A stretch of 64,000 bases of DNA from Octopus vulgaris (GCA_951406725.2 OX597831.1:8742001-8806000), one strand, 5' to 3'. Shown: positions 1 to 15,270, numbered from the stretch's first letter. The notes: generated from the sequence alone by a model not told the origin. Numbers and translations are program-made.

Positions 1-333
1 GCAAAAAAAAAAAAAAGAAATATAAAATGTGACATCATTGACCGAGGTTACCGTGGTCTTTTCCGTAGGCTTTTCTTTGCACGGGTAAACCTCACCTGTC
101 CTCCCCTTTACACTTCATATTGACATTTCTGTGATAACGATCCCTATTGATCAATTTTTTTCCTCCCTCCCCCCCCCTTTTTTTAAACCCCCTTTTTTGT
201 CCTCTTTCTCTCCTTTTATCCTTTTGATCGAAACTCCCCTTCCTTTTTTTTTTTTTTTTTAAACCTTCAAAAGAAAAGCTCTACCTTGTAATTTGTTCTA
301 TCTGTGTGCAGCCCTGTGTGCTAATAAAGAAAC
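1..333 (+). mobile_element. 3' UTR of Tx1/L1-like non-LTR retrotransposon (second copy of the 59298-60259 family), ending in a (TATC)n tract
   Basis: Shares blocks with ~60085-60259 (ttttccgtaggcttttcttt, ttgacatttctgtgata, aaagaaaagctctac, gccctgtgtg); ends AATAAAGAAAC followed by (TATC)n. Confidence 0.8.
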
Positions 334-334
334 A

Positions 335-414
<80 letters not shown>

Positions 415-440
415 ATCCATCTATCTATCTATCTATCATC

Positions 441-482
<42 letters not shown>

Positions 483-514
483 TTTCCTATACGAAATTGA
501 TATATATATGCGGT

Positions 515-563
<49 letters not shown>
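335..563. repeat. Compound (TATC)n and (TA)n microsatellite
   Basis: Direct reading. Confidence 0.95.
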
Positions 564-566
<3 letters not shown>

Positions 567-1347
567 CATATGCATACACCCGCTCACATATAAATAAATT
601 GTTTTAAGCATATTTCACTCTTTTTAATTCCTAAAGCAAAGTACATAAAATCTATCTTTTTCCTTTTTCTCTGCCCCTCTTTTTATCTTTTGTCCTTTTA
701 AACGATGACATATAAAACACTAACGCTACGAAATGTAAATTAAGCTACCAACTAGCTATATTTACTATTTATTATTTAAAAATAAATAAAAATTAATTTC
801 TCTGGCATTTAGGGCATCTACATTTTGTTGGTCGACTTCAAGCGTTCAACACACTTACACACACCTATACACCCCTATACAAAAATTCACACATTCAAAT
901 ACTCACATGATTAAATCTGCTTCCTCAACTATTTATCCTACTTTACACTTCTTCTCTCCTTGTCATTTCTGATATATCTCACATTTTCCCCTACGCATAT
1001 CTTTTAGGATGCATATAACAATCTGCTGGAGTTGTTAACCATTTACATTCTCACCATTCTACAAGTTAAAGCTTCCGTGTCATAAACAATATTGTGAAGG
1101 TGTAGATGTGGTGAAACTTATAAATGAATGTCACATTTTTTTTTTATAGTATAAAAAAAAATTATGTACTTAAAAAATTTGACTCTTGCCTTCCAAACCT
1201 GTAGGGCCGTAAATTTGAAATGTAGATGACTTGGTAGTATGTACCAATTTCTGGTAATTGTTTTAGCTGACTGTAGTGGCGAGTATACCTAGACACCGTA
1301 TCAGCCCTTTCACTCTTGACCCCGCGGAACAATCAACAGGTGACACG

Positions 1348-1400
<53 letters not shown>

Positions 1401-1721
1401 GTGGAGAGGCAGAAAGAGAAAGAGAGAAGGTGAGTGAGTGTGTGTGAGAGAGAAAGGAAGCTACATCAGCTCTTTGCCCTCTCTTGGCTTTCAACCTGGC
1501 TCCTTTTGATCTCGCCCACGCTGACGCACTTCTCACTTCCTCTCCAACACCACCGTTTTCACTGGTATCCGCAACCGCTCCTTCCATGTCACCTCTTCAC
1601 GTACACACATTCGGTAATCTAATTTTCAGCATTCTCTGTTCTCTTTGCTTTTCCCCGTACATAGGGAAGTTGAACAAAATACAATGCAGTATCAATCAAC
1701 TCAGAAACAGAGCCCTTTCAT

Positions 1722-1784
<63 letters not shown>

Positions 1785-1948
1785 CTCTTTCTTTCTGTTT
1801 TTCGTTTTCTTTTTTCTCTCTAACCTAGCCTTCAAAAACTTACCACGCACATGCACTCATACATACACACATATACATACATATACACTCATATATTCAA
1901 ATTGACAAAAAACATATATACATGTATATATTCGTCTAAGAAGCCACG

Positions 1949-1987
<39 letters not shown>

Positions 1988-2465
1988 ATAATAAAGGGTT
2001 AATTGCAACAAGTTGCTCAAAACCACATACCGAAAATATTAGGAATGGCAGCCAAATAGATCACCATTTCTCCTACTAGTAAAAAAGTCTCCACAAACAA
2101 ACAGAATTTGCAACCCGTATATAATAAAGAGAAAGAAAATAACGAAATCCCAGCCTATTGGATTAATTCTAGACAAAATCGTTTCTAGATTAGAACCAGA
2201 AGTTCATTTCCTTGTGAATATAATATTTCCTATAAATCTAGAAATGCTAGGAAAAAACTCACCCACTACACCGGCTCGATCAGGCGACATCGAACGATCT
2301 AATGGTCCGCCAGCATCTCTACATTTATATAGACAGGCGAATTCGTATCTCCCTCCAAAATTACCACGTGAGTTACAAAAACATTATCAACGAAACGAAG
2401 TTTCGCAGATTTATTGTATGGGAGTCATAGTGTACAATATACAATTAATTATATTTCACCCTTTT

Positions 2466-2563
<98 letters not shown>

Positions 2564-2589
2564 GTATATATATGTAATATATAAAGGCA

Positions 2590-2662
2590 TGAAATTAATT
2601 AATTACGAAGTAATCATTAATCATGGTGAAATTAATGATTACGTCGTAATTAATTAATTTCA
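2590..2662. repeat. Hairpin with 32-bp arms and 9-nt loop inside (TA)n
   Basis: tgaaattaattaattacgaagtaatcattaat (2590-2621) is the reverse complement of 2631-2662 with one mismatch. Confidence 0.9.
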
Positions 2663-2701
2663 CCCTATATTTATTATTGATAATGGTATGTATATATATA
2701 T

Positions 2702-2737
<36 letters not shown>

Positions 2738-2791
2738 TATACTTACACAGATACACACACACACGCACGTATATATATATATATATATATA

Positions 2792-2832
2792 TAAAGAAAA
2801 TAAGTTGGCTAGCAGCCAACTTATTTTCTTTA
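2792..2832. repeat. Perfect hairpin with 19-bp arms and 3-nt loop abutting (TA)n
   Basis: taaagaaaataagttggct-agc-agccaacttattttcttta. Confidence 0.9.
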
Positions 2833-2947
2833 CTATATACTGAACCTTACAAAGGTCCTGACAATTAATTTGTCGTATTTACATACCGAAATTTACCGGT
2901 AAATAATTGTTGGTTACATGAAAAACCACAGGAAAATTATTTACCAT

Positions 2948-2990
<43 letters not shown>

Positions 2991-3952
2991 GCTTACATTC
3001 AAACGTTTCTCCCTTACTCCAGTTATTTTGTATTAGAAACGCTCTTCGTATTTGCTTCACTTCTGATGATTTCCAATATGTCATGAGTATGAGATTTATA
3101 CATGGATTTTTCTTATTCACACACTTTACTGTTTTCTTTTGTTCTTGCTCTTTTTCTTCTTTCTTCTGATGAATGGATACACACGAATCACCAAGGTACT
3201 TTCGTTTTCATCTCTCCGTGCCTGAAAGTGACAACAAAACTTTCAAGATATTTTGTCCTAAAACGCTTATTCTTGAAAGAGGAAACTACGATGCATCATG
3301 TAGAATAACCTTCATCTCTATGTTGTATCACTTGATGAAGGGTGTCTTCTCGAAGCGTTAAAAGAAGGTAACTCTTTTTCCTGCAAAATCAGTATATGGC
3401 TGAAGTGACAGAATTTCACGCTCTCCAGTTATTCGTAGAATTACTACAGTAGATTACATTAATAATGGCATTGTTCACTCGAGTGTACATAATTTGTGTA
3501 AATTCACTATTTCTCATTTATTTTGGCAGTTAATGGTTCTGGTTACCGATTTACGAAATTACCCAGTTTCGAGACACACGATTCATTTCCGATAAAATAT
3601 ATAATATATTTTAACATAGATGCCTTGAATGATGTTGTTTTCATTGGGGCGTGGGTTTTAGTAAAGCTGTTATATGAGTTATATTGCTCTAAACAAATTT
3701 GTCAGCGTCATCTGCAAAACACATTTTAAAATATGCATACCTGATGCATTTTGAAAAAGAAAAAGAAAAAAATGTAGAAGTTTATATTAATAGCTCAGAG
3801 CACAGCTAAAAGTGTGCGAAGTTCCATTCCGTTCCATTCAAGAGGGCTCTTGAAACTCTGCTGTTAGAGGAATAATGCATTTACGTTCATACAAACCGAG
3901 CATGTACACTCACAAATACATACATACATACACACACACATACATACATACG

Positions 3953-4012
<60 letters not shown>

Positions 4013-4016
4013 CATA

Positions 4017-4132
<116 letters not shown>

Positions 4133-4227
4133 GACAAGAGAAGACTATGAATTCATCCTACCTGCAAAATAACAACAGGATTTGGTCCATTAAAAATATC
4201 TGTCAAAAAAACAGCAGTAAAACATAA

Positions 4228-4403
4228 CAAGACCTGGTGACAACGGTTGAGAATGAAATGTAAAAATCTTAATATTGCTTCGATACCGAACATCTGTGTG
4301 TGAGGACGTCAGAAACTATTTGACGGATGTTTAGGTTCACAGGAAATATCCATTAGTCAGAAGTGCAATGGCGAACGATCACATTTTATACGCATCTCTA
4401 CAT
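4228..4403 (+). repeat. Unclassified dispersed repeat, copy 1 (copy 2 at ~7165-7342)
   Basis: Shared collinear blocks acctggtgacaac, gacgtcagaaact, ggatgtttag, tcacaggaaatatccattagt. Confidence 0.75.
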
Positions 4404-4495
4404 TTACTGTATGCTCATACACAATAATGCCTACGTAAAGATGCTCATACAATGAGATACATGTATATATACATACACACACACATACACACGCG

Positions 4496-4533
<38 letters not shown>

Positions 4534-4584
4534 CACCTACATACACACACACACATTATGTATGTGTATGTAGCCATGCAGACA

Positions 4585-4790
4585 CGTATGACTTAGTGTT
4601 TCGGCTATTACACTCAAGATTGTAGTTTCGAATTCTGGACTAGGAACACCTTCATTTCACGTTGCTCCAGGCCACTCAGCTGTCAGCAGTGAGTAATACT
4701 ACGATGACTGGCACCCCGTCCAGGAAGTGGGTAATATACACACAACAAAATCTGATCAACCACTTTTATGAGCCCATGGCTCAGAAACGC
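4585..4790 (+). mobile_element. Decayed tRNA-derived SINE, family D
   Basis: B-box-like gtttcgaattc and body atttcacgttgctccag shared with 20252-20512 and 47270-47545. Confidence 0.6.
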
Positions 4791-5073
4791 CCTTTGATCC
4801 ATTGCTGTGTATGCTATATATACATACAAATGTAGTATGCGTATGTATTATATTTATATACATACGTACAAGCATATATGAATATGTGCATGTATGTGCG
4901 TAAGTTTGTATGCACATATATACACAAAGAGAAGTGACAAGCTCTCAGCAAAATAAGGTTTTAACTTCATCGGAAGCCCTACGAAGAGTAACCACCTCAA
5001 AATAAGCAACGACACAACTCTGCGTGAAATACAGAGTAACAATGAAGTGCGTTCTCTGACAGTTTCCCAATAT

Positions 5074-5151
<78 letters not shown>

Positions 5152-5539
5152 TATATCATAATATAATATATAACGTTATATGAACCTCCCCGGGTCATGG
5201 GCTCGTAAAGCAGGTTTCCCTTACGAGCCCATCGCAGGATTCTGTGGTATATACATTCCCCTCTAGATGGGAGAATATACATGCCAGGTAAGTTAACTGA
5301 AGCAATGCGAAATGAAGTGTCTTGCTCAAGAACACAACGCATCTCTCGGCGGAATTTGAATTCAGAATGTCTGTTTGCTATTGATATTGACGGCACATTT
5401 ACTTTTACGAGCATGCATGTCCTTGAAACGATTATGAAGTTTGCAGTTGGATGCTGTAGGGATGTTTTCTAAAGCTTCTCGTCTTACTGTTGTAATAAAC
5501 AATCGCATGAAGGACATAATTTGAGACTGAATAGAACGA

Positions 5540-6030
5540 ATTAGATGCATTCACAGGAATAAATTATTCGTATTCAGGGTCGTGCTGAGGATATTATTTT
5601 ATTTAGTAATGAAACATCAAAAATACAAAGAATGATATACAAACGCCATGAAGTAGAGAAAGGTATTGGTTTAAAGATAAACGGCAATAAAATCGGAATT
5701 ATGGACATCAAGCCAATGGGGAAAAGAAATGTTACATTGAATGGGTGTATAGAAGAGTCTGAAATAAGGTTAACTGTCTTGGATCTTTAATAGAAATTGA
5801 TGGATCTTTAGAAATGGAATTTAATGAAAGGTTTAAGAAGGCAAATGAAGTAATGGAGATCCTTTAAAATATGTGGACATTCCATCGATTGGAGATTCAT
5901 ACGAAAATTAAATGGTACCTTTTGTTATTAAGAAATGATTTAATCTATAGCACAGAGTTATGGTACAGAGTGTAAAAGTGATCTTGTTAGAATATTTCAA
6001 AATGGTGCGGTGCGAAGAATTTTGCGCTTT
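5540..6030 (+). mobile_element. Decayed RTE-clade LINE reverse transcriptase C-terminal fragment
   Basis: Broken frames read GIGLKINGNK, LGSLIEIDG..EFNERFKKAN, TKIKWY..LIYSTELW, matching the RTE pattern LKIN..K / YLGS.I..G / LLYG.E.W. Confidence 0.6.
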
Positions 6031-7164
6031 AAACTACGGTGTCAAAGTTTGGCACACTACCAGGAATTTAGAGAGGAGGGAGAAGGGGACTACATGGATC
6101 CAAGTACTTGCTTTCTGCTGGTATTTTATTTTATTGAGTCCACCCCAATCCCCCAAACTTACTTGGGGTTTCCACACAACCTATTACCAGAGGAAAGGTA
6201 ACTTTTAGAAGAATACAAAGTAAATAAATGAATACCGCAATGCGATTTCGATCTTAAAACTACGAATTGCCATGTAATGCTGATTGGATAGAAGATGCGT
6301 CATATTTTCAGAAGTGAAGGAACCTAAGATGAAAGGACTGATCGTTGATGGTCAAACATGGTTGACCATTTCATCTATATATTCTTTCCGATTTGCAATA
6401 GTGACTTCTTTCATTGCTATGATGTTATACATTTTACTAACAAAAGTCACAACTGTTCAACAGATTCCATAATGCTTTTATTCCATCAAATCTGAACGAT
6501 TAACTGTTCCTTTGAAAGAATCGAACTCAGAGTGAAGACTAACATAACAGTGAGTATCACAAGGCACTTTTTTGTGTTAATTTGCTGATTCTGAAACCCG
6601 CTACTCAGCTGAAATAAAATATATATATATAAAAAAAAAAACATTTCTAAAATACAATTTCGAGGGTTTTGCAGCTCCAAACTTAGGAGTAAAAACTATT
6701 ATATACTTTTGCATGACACGAGTAATCGAAATATTTATTGGAAAGTTTAAAGTTCCATTCTACAAGAGAAGCCTCTCGAAACCCTGTTGTAATAGTATGT
6801 ATACCATCATACGCCATACAAATATTCATGAAGATATATATATGCATACTTAAATGTGTGTATGTATATATATAATTACACACACATACATATACACAGG
6901 TGCATACTGATATATATATATATATACGGATTTTTATTAACATATGTATGGTTATATGTACACACACACCACACGCATATACATATATGTATATACATGT
7001 GTATGCATGTATATATATATGTATGTACAATTATTTATAAATATATATGAATACAAGTACTCATACATACATACATACATATGGAATAGAGAATGAGTGC
7101 AACCGAACTGGAAATATTCGAAGGTAAAAAACAATTCTATCAGAAAAGAGCGGTAAAACGTTCT

Positions 7165-7342
7165 AAAACCTGGTGACAACAGTCATAAAACTGTGAAGAA
7201 ATGTAGAAATCCTAGTATTTGTTGAAAGCATAACATTTGTAAAGACGTCAGAAACTGATGGATGTTTAGAATCACAGGAAATATCCATTAGTTAGAAGTG
7301 TTGTGGTGTACCATCATAGTTTATACATACCTCTATACAATT
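7165..7342 (+). repeat. Unclassified dispersed repeat, copy 2
   Basis: Homologous to 4228-4403. Confidence 0.75.
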
Positions 7343-7410
7343 ATGCATATAGGAACGTATATACATGCATACATACATAAATATATATATATATACATAT
7401 ATATACATAC

Positions 7411-7446
<36 letters not shown>

Positions 7447-7539
7447 TTTACATACTTACACATACATACAAATATAAGAATATATATATATATGTATATG
7501 TATAGGCATCTATATACATGTGTACATTGTATATATATG

Positions 7540-7584
<45 letters not shown>

Positions 7585-9043
7585 TTATATATATATATAA
7601 AGATATGTATATATATACAAAGATATATATATATTCTTATATTTGCATGCATATGGGTATATATATTATATATATGTATGTATGTATATACACATGAGCG
7701 CATATTATAGACGTATTAAAACAAAACATATGACCGGTTTAATTATACAAAATTTACGGTCATGCAGGCACAACCTGTAAAAATATCAATTAAACAATAG
7801 ATTAATAGACTTAAAAACAAAAATACGACCAAAGCCTACATATTTTAATGTTTATGTATGTATGTATGTATGTATGTATGTATGTATGTATCTTCTTTTC
7901 TTTTATTTAAGAAGTAAAGAAATAATTCTTTTGATAAGTTGTGATGAGGTTCCGTCTTGTTTGTTCATGTGAAAAAGAAAAAAAAAGCACTGTAGAAAAT
8001 ACATATATACATACACACTTACATACACTAGTCATGTGCCATAGAATTCAGGCAAAAACTCCAAAATATATGAACGATACGTAAATGTGTAAATGTATGT
8101 TGAAAGAACGAAGTAACAACGAAACATCTGTAAAGGAATACGATTGTCTTGAAAGCAAACCATACACTAAACATTAGCGTCAATATATATATTTACAATT
8201 CAGAAAAGAGAAAAACACACAACAAGCAAAAGTAAGGAAAAGACAAAACAAAACAAAACAAAAATACAACGCAAAAAAATGAAAAATAATAACGAGAAAA
8301 GAGAAGAACGTCAATGGTGGAAACATGCAAAATGGTGAAGATGGAAATGGTAGCGGTGTGAGTATCTTATCCAATTTGCTACTCTGAGGTTAAATAATGT
8401 AGAGAATATGACAGTGAAATGCATTGATAATTGTCTTGGAGAGACAGAAGGAGAGATAAGAAGTAAGATATTATGGCGAGTATGTTTTCCTTAACCAACC
8501 AAAAAATAATGCTTATATAAAATACATGCTATTAAGTTTCGCCTTGCAATATTTTCTTATGCAAGTATCCAATCGATACTGAATCAATTTATTTCCGGGA
8601 ATTATGTGTGAATCTGGCCTGGCCCGAAGATAGAAATCCTTACTTTTTGTTGTTCTAGGGAGAAAGATTGCATTGCTTTTAGATTAATCCGGAATTAAAA
8701 TAGCAGAGAACCAGTTCTTCAAATATACGTCACTGTTCAACACAGCTGAAACGAACCTACAAAACGTTTTCCCTCTAGCTTCACTAATTTTGCTCTTTTT
8801 ATCTTATTTTATATCTTACTTTTTTTTCTGCAAGTTTAGTTACATTAGGTTGGTATTAGTTTAACGTTATATATATATAACGACTAACACCCACACACTG
8901 AGACAGAAGCACATGCACACATGTCTACATACATACATGCATACATACATACATACTTGCATATATATATGTATATATATATATATGTATATATACACAC
9001 ATATATATAAATACATTATATATTTATACATATATATATATGT

Positions 9044-9075
<32 letters not shown>

Positions 9076-9254
9076 CATATATATATTTATACATATATAT
9101 ATATATATATATTTATATATATGCATATATATATATATATATGTGTGTGTGTGTATGTATATAAATATATTTACACATACATATATGCAAGTAAATATAT
9201 AGGTATATGATATAGAAGAAATCGGATGAAAGTTTATGGATTTATATCTATCTC

Positions 9255-9323
<69 letters not shown>

Positions 9324-9460
9324 TTATTTATCTATTTATATGCATACATATCCAGGCACCTTCGTGTAGTCATGCAGTAAAAGATACCCATGTATGTATG
9401 TATGTATGTATGTATGTATGTATGTATGTATGTATGTATGTATGTATGTATATATGTATG

Positions 9461-9491
<31 letters not shown>

Positions 9492-9841
9492 CTATACACA
9501 CACACATATACAAACACAGAAACACACGCACACAACACACATATACATGCAAGCATGTATGAGTATGTACTGTTTCTACTTTGGGTTGGATGGAGATCAA
9601 AGACATCTGATATAAAATTCTACGTGAAATTAAGTTATGGATAAACCATTAAGCTATTGATCCATTCATGCAACCATTCAACCATGTATCCATGCATCCA
9701 TCCATGCATCCATCCGTCCATCACTTTCTTTCTGTCTGACCGTGTGACTGCCTGACTAGTGTGTCTCTGTCTCTATGTATATATCTGTGTTATTTTTGTT
9801 TCTGTGTTTCGCGTGTGTATCCGCGTGTGTATGCGTGCGAG

Positions 9842-9909
<68 letters not shown>

Positions 9910-10221
9910 GATACGTATCCGATTAATCATCTACAGTAGGCTGCAGCCAGTGTGATGCAGTCTCAACTAACCCCCGGTAGTTTTATTCCTGCAACCAAAT
10001 TGGGAGATTCTGCATGTTCTGTCGATCGTAGACTACAAATATGACTTGGCATTATATAGCATGCTATCGCGAAGTTTCTTAGGCGCCTGTAGATTCCCGA
10101 GCAGACATGGAACCCCTCTAAGTTCACTTACCGTTGGCCCAGCGGCACATTTATGATGTGGAAGAATTGTGAAAAAGATAGATAGATAGATAGAGAGATA
10201 GATAGATAGATAGAGATAGAG

Positions 10222-10276
<55 letters not shown>

Positions 10277-11206
10277 AACAGACTGATATACATACAAGCA
10301 CACAAACATACATATTGAGAAAGTGAAGAAAGATAGTTTCACCTGCACCTGGCTGGCACACGTTTACAGCTGTGTAGACTGTGGCAATGTTAACTGAAAT
10401 GCCTTGCTCAAGGGTACGACGCACTGACTGGTTCAAGAATTGAAACTATGATTTTGTAGCTATTCATTCACGTTCCTTCACGCCTGGTAGAAATAGCAGC
10501 CAAATCTCCCTCGAATCACATCTCAATGTTTGAAATACGCAAAGAACGCATTGAATAATGTAGTTATAGATACAGCCCCTAAGAGGGATTAAGTGTTAAC
10601 TCTTTCACGAAGAAAATGCTAATTTATTATTTGAACGGTTATACGATTAGGGCGAATTTAGGAATAAACACCAAAAACATCAAATCGTAGAACCGTTTCG
10701 GTTTCTTTTCACAAGCTTTTGTAGAAATTCAGGGTTTACAATTTACTGTACACAAGCAGGCTTGGCTTTGTCGTTAAGAAGCTTTCTTCTCGACCCTGTG
10801 GCATTGGGTTCAGTCTCATTGTGCGGCACTTCACCTTGGGCAGCACCTCATCTTGTCTTCTACTATAGCCTCCTGCCGATTGTGATACGTTGACAGGGCA
10901 GACGGAAGTTGAAATAAGATCGCGTGTTGGAAGTAAAACAAGTGTAATGTGGAACACAACTTGTTGATCTTTCAAGAACCCACAGAACCTGTTGACTTCA
11001 CTTCAACATTTTTTTATTTGCTGCCTAACTTTTCGTTACACAAACCGTGAGCTGGAAAGTGACACGGCTTCACTGCAAGTGAAGTTAACCGTTTTTGTGT
11101 ATCTTTCAATGGTCAATATAGGTCTTCGACGCTGAAAGAGGAAGAGTTGTTACAGTTTTACAGACGTAAATAAATATATAAGAAAAATTATTTCCATTGG
11201 TTGAAG

Positions 11207-11439
11207 TGAACCATTCTTAACCGGAGTCCATATACGATTTTGTTTATCTGCAATAAATTGGTTATACTTCTCCCATGCAGAAAATATTTTAACATTTTTT
11301 AAATACAAATCATAATGATATGTAATTAAAAAAATATGGGACTTTTTAAGAACATTAAATGGCTATGGAGGTCCAGTAGAATAAATTAGGAACCAAAGGA
11401 CTCCTCTGATAAAAAAAAAAAGATGTTTGAGAGCCACTG
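11207..11439. mobile_element. Putative hAT-type MITE remnant
   Basis: Right end tgtttgagagccactg and decayed left end ..ttcttaacc resemble CAGTGGTTCTCAACC-type hAT terminal repeats; no clean TSD. Confidence 0.4.
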
Positions 11440-13172
11440 ATCTAAACCACAGCACTGTTGCGGATTGCTGGTACCATACTTTTGCAATGTTTATCTCAAC
11501 AGTGTAAGTATTAAGTACCATAACTTCGAACACGGTTCGTCTCATCAATACAAATAATAACAAGAGAACGTTTGAGAAAGAATCAATCGATATAAGAAAA
11601 TAAATTATCTTCAACAACGTAATATTGAACACAGCAGACAGAACCAAATATCAATACAGAGAAAGAAAAAAAATTGATGAAAAAAACACACACACAAAAA
11701 AAGGAAAATCTGAATAAAGTTTGTGTCGTTGCTCCAAACGGGTGAACATAAGAATGGTTTAAATCAAGCAAAGAAAGAAATATAGTGCTATGAAACTACA
11801 TACATTACATAATACGTACATTCATACACACACACATATATTTACTACATCATACGCGTATACATAAACGCATACATTCATTTGGTACATACATAAATAC
11901 ATTACATACGTGCACATACACCCATCATATAATACATACGCACGAACATCCATTACATGATACATATATATACACTCATTCCTTACATAATTCATACACG
12001 TAAGAGTTACATTTGTGTGTGCGTATGTGCGTGTTTATGTGTGTGTATATCTTTGTGTATATGTGTGTTTATGCGTGTGTATGTGTGGGTGTGTGTAACA
12101 AAGGTCAGTGAAAAGTTTAAAGTTTACGCTTACCACAAAGACCATTGTATTATAGAATTTAAGGATAATATTCGCTATGAGCAATGTTGTTTTCTTGGAA
12201 ACACTGTAGACTTTTAATGAAACCGTTCAATGATTTGCCAAGACAAAAACAAAACAAAAATCGAAAAACCCAGTAGAAATGGTTATTTGTCCAACAGCAT
12301 TGAACACAACTTCAGTGTTGTTAGAGGATAAAAACTTCTTCAAATACAAGCATGTCCTCAATAGTGGTAATCAACCAGACATAAATCGGATGATGGACTT
12401 GGTCAGTGATGAGGAAAATGGCGACTGACGAGTCGTTTATCTGTACAACAAAAGTTGTTAGCGGCAATGATTTTTCTCACCTTGGATGGATGCTAAATTA
12501 AAAGGAAGAGACACTTTTCCTATATTATTAGAAAATTGTGCTGGAACATTTTCTACGTAAATTTAAACGTTTTACAACGTGACGTTTCAACCTTTAGTAC
12601 CATCATTAATTTCCTTCAATCATCAAGGGTTTAAAAGAGAAATAACAATGTTGCATAAACTACAAAGACAAATAAACAAAAAAAAAGCGAAAAAATAATG
12701 AAAAACCTCTTCACAAAATGCAGCGATTTTTGCGTGCAACTAATTGAAGAGTTTCTCCGCTCTGCACATACACAGGTCTCGTATAAATAAATTAGAAACA
12801 AAACCAAATCCAAGAAAAAAAATAATAAATGGAAAAGTATTTTGCTAAACGAGACGCTTTCTACTACGTTTTCGTTGATGTTTTTAAAAAAATGATTTTG
12901 TAAACAACTCATCGCTGTGCGTCACATTCAAGAAACTCATATATCATTCGTTGTTGCTTATTTTTTAAGCAACTACAAAATTATAAATAAAAAATGATAA
13001 AATAAGCGCGAATAATATCCTTTTTATATATTGCAAATATGGAAAATACTAATCATGCCGTCAAATTATGCATATGCAATTAAGAAACATGCTAATGGAG
13101 TTTTGGAGCTCTTCTATAAACACTAGGGTTTGTGTGTGTGAGAAAAATGTGTAACTGTTTGTATTATGTTTG

Positions 13173-13267
<95 letters not shown>

Positions 13268-13387
13268 GTCTGTCTGTCTGTCTGTCTGTTTATCTGGCTA
13301 TCTGTATACCTACCTACCTACATACCTACCTACCTATAAAACTTACTGCAAATAAAATCAATGGTACGTAGCGTTCCATTAATTAAT

Positions 13388-14092
13388 AGAAACATATAAT
13401 AAATGCACAAACAAATGGTAAACATACACAGAATGTCACCAAATCCTCAACAGTAAACGGCCAAAGTGTCAAACGCAATTTCGCGCCTTATGATAATATT
13501 GTTTCCCTTCCGGTAGCGCCAGAACAAGAAGCTGGCGGGAAATGGGAGCAAAGCATAACAGAACAAGAACGGAAAACAAGAAATGGATATACATGCAATG
13601 CAGAAGTCGACATATGAACACGAATAAATGTAATTCAAGAGCAGAGCATTAGTGGACGGACGAGGGTCAAAGACGAAATAAATAAACAGAATACGGCCTT
13701 ACGGTCGAGCAGGGACGAAAGTATGGAAAACGCTAAGAGGAACATCTTAAAAGGTTAGAAACATAAGGACAACAGACAGCAAAACTGGTTGATGTAGGAG
13801 ACTAGAGAAAATATGACCAGTTGCTTCAGCGGTCGGGGTGAAAAGAAAGGAGGAAGAGAAAAAAAGGATGATCACGGGTCACGTGTCATTGGTAGGAGGG
13901 AGAAAAGTTGTAGAGGGCAGACGGAGATACAGAGGGCAGAGAGGGAAGAAGAGAGAGAGAGACCCGCCCAGAAGGGAAGCGATATTATTGTAAGACACGA
14001 AATTGCGTTTGACGCTTCGACCGTTAACTGATGAGGGTTTGGTGAATTGTATCTGTTTGCCATTTGTTTGTGGATTTATTATACGTTTTCAA
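13388..14092. mobile_element. ~700-bp element with ~130-bp diverged inverted termini (Penelope-like inverted pLTR or MITE)
   Basis: ~13388-13520 (cctcaacagtaaacggccaaagtgtcaaacgcaatttcg) is the diverged reverse complement of ~13962-14092 (cgaaattgcgtttgacgcttcgaccgttaactgatgagg). Confidence 0.7.
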
Positions 14093-14158
14093 TACACACA
14101 CACACGCACGCATGTATATATTTATACACATTAGATATTATATGTATATTTATGTCTG

Positions 14159-14207
<49 letters not shown>

Positions 14208-14303
14208 ATGTATATATATATATATATATACACACAATATATGAATATATAAATGCATGTATATATATATTCATACAGGCATAGATAAATACATAAATGT
14301 TTG

Positions 14304-14373
<70 letters not shown>

Positions 14374-14457
14374 TACACACAATATATGAGTACATAAATG
14401 CATGTATATGTAAATGTATATATATGTTCATACAGTCATAGATAATACATAAATGTT

Positions 14458-14544
<87 letters not shown>

Positions 14545-14993
14545 AGGCACACATATGCATAGTACGCCTACGCTCATATTTGGCCTCCTTTCGACTTACA
14601 AGAATACATTTAGCGAAGGCTCTCACTTCAACCTCCAATAAGAACATAAATAGATTAGTGACGTCATAACTGATCACCAATCAAGGAAACCTTAATATAT
14701 TCTTCACGCGAAGTTAATATTTAATAGATCTCCAACTCTATAAATTTCATTTATTTCATACTAAAACCCTTCTTATGCAGCCATAGCTTTACACTTGGTA
14801 AAGTCAGATATTTTATTCAGTACTTACACAATAAGGCTTGTTTAGGAAATGTACTGTTATCGATTATATCATACAAGACACATGATAGCCAGAATTTACT
14901 GGCAGAAGGCTGTTGTGCAACTCTATAAAGAAAATTATTTCAGTTGTGACAATCTCGTATTTTATAATAATAATAATAATAATGATAATAATG

Positions 14994-15054
<61 letters not shown>

Positions 15055-15055
<1 letters not shown>

Positions 15056-15270
15056 CCTTTCTACTATAGGCACGAGGCCTGAAATTTGGGAGAGGGGGAT
15101 AGTAAATTACATCTACCCCAGTGTTTCACCGATACTTAATTCATCCACCTCGGAAAGGATGAAAGGCAAAGTCGACCTCGGTAGAATTTGAACTCAAAAC
15201 GTAGTGACAGACGAAATACCGCTAAGCATTTCGTTCGGAGTGCTAACGATTCTGCCAGTTCACAGCCTAA
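15055..15270 (-). mobile_element. SINE family B copy between (TAA)n tracts
   Basis: Reverse complement contains ggcagaatcgttagcac..gagttcaaattc..gaggtcgactttgcctttcatcctttc. Confidence 0.8.

Noticed and set aside
3332-3366. Hammerhead-like ttgatga-agggtgtcttctc-gaagcgtt
   Set aside because: Both core boxes are mutated and stem I does not pair
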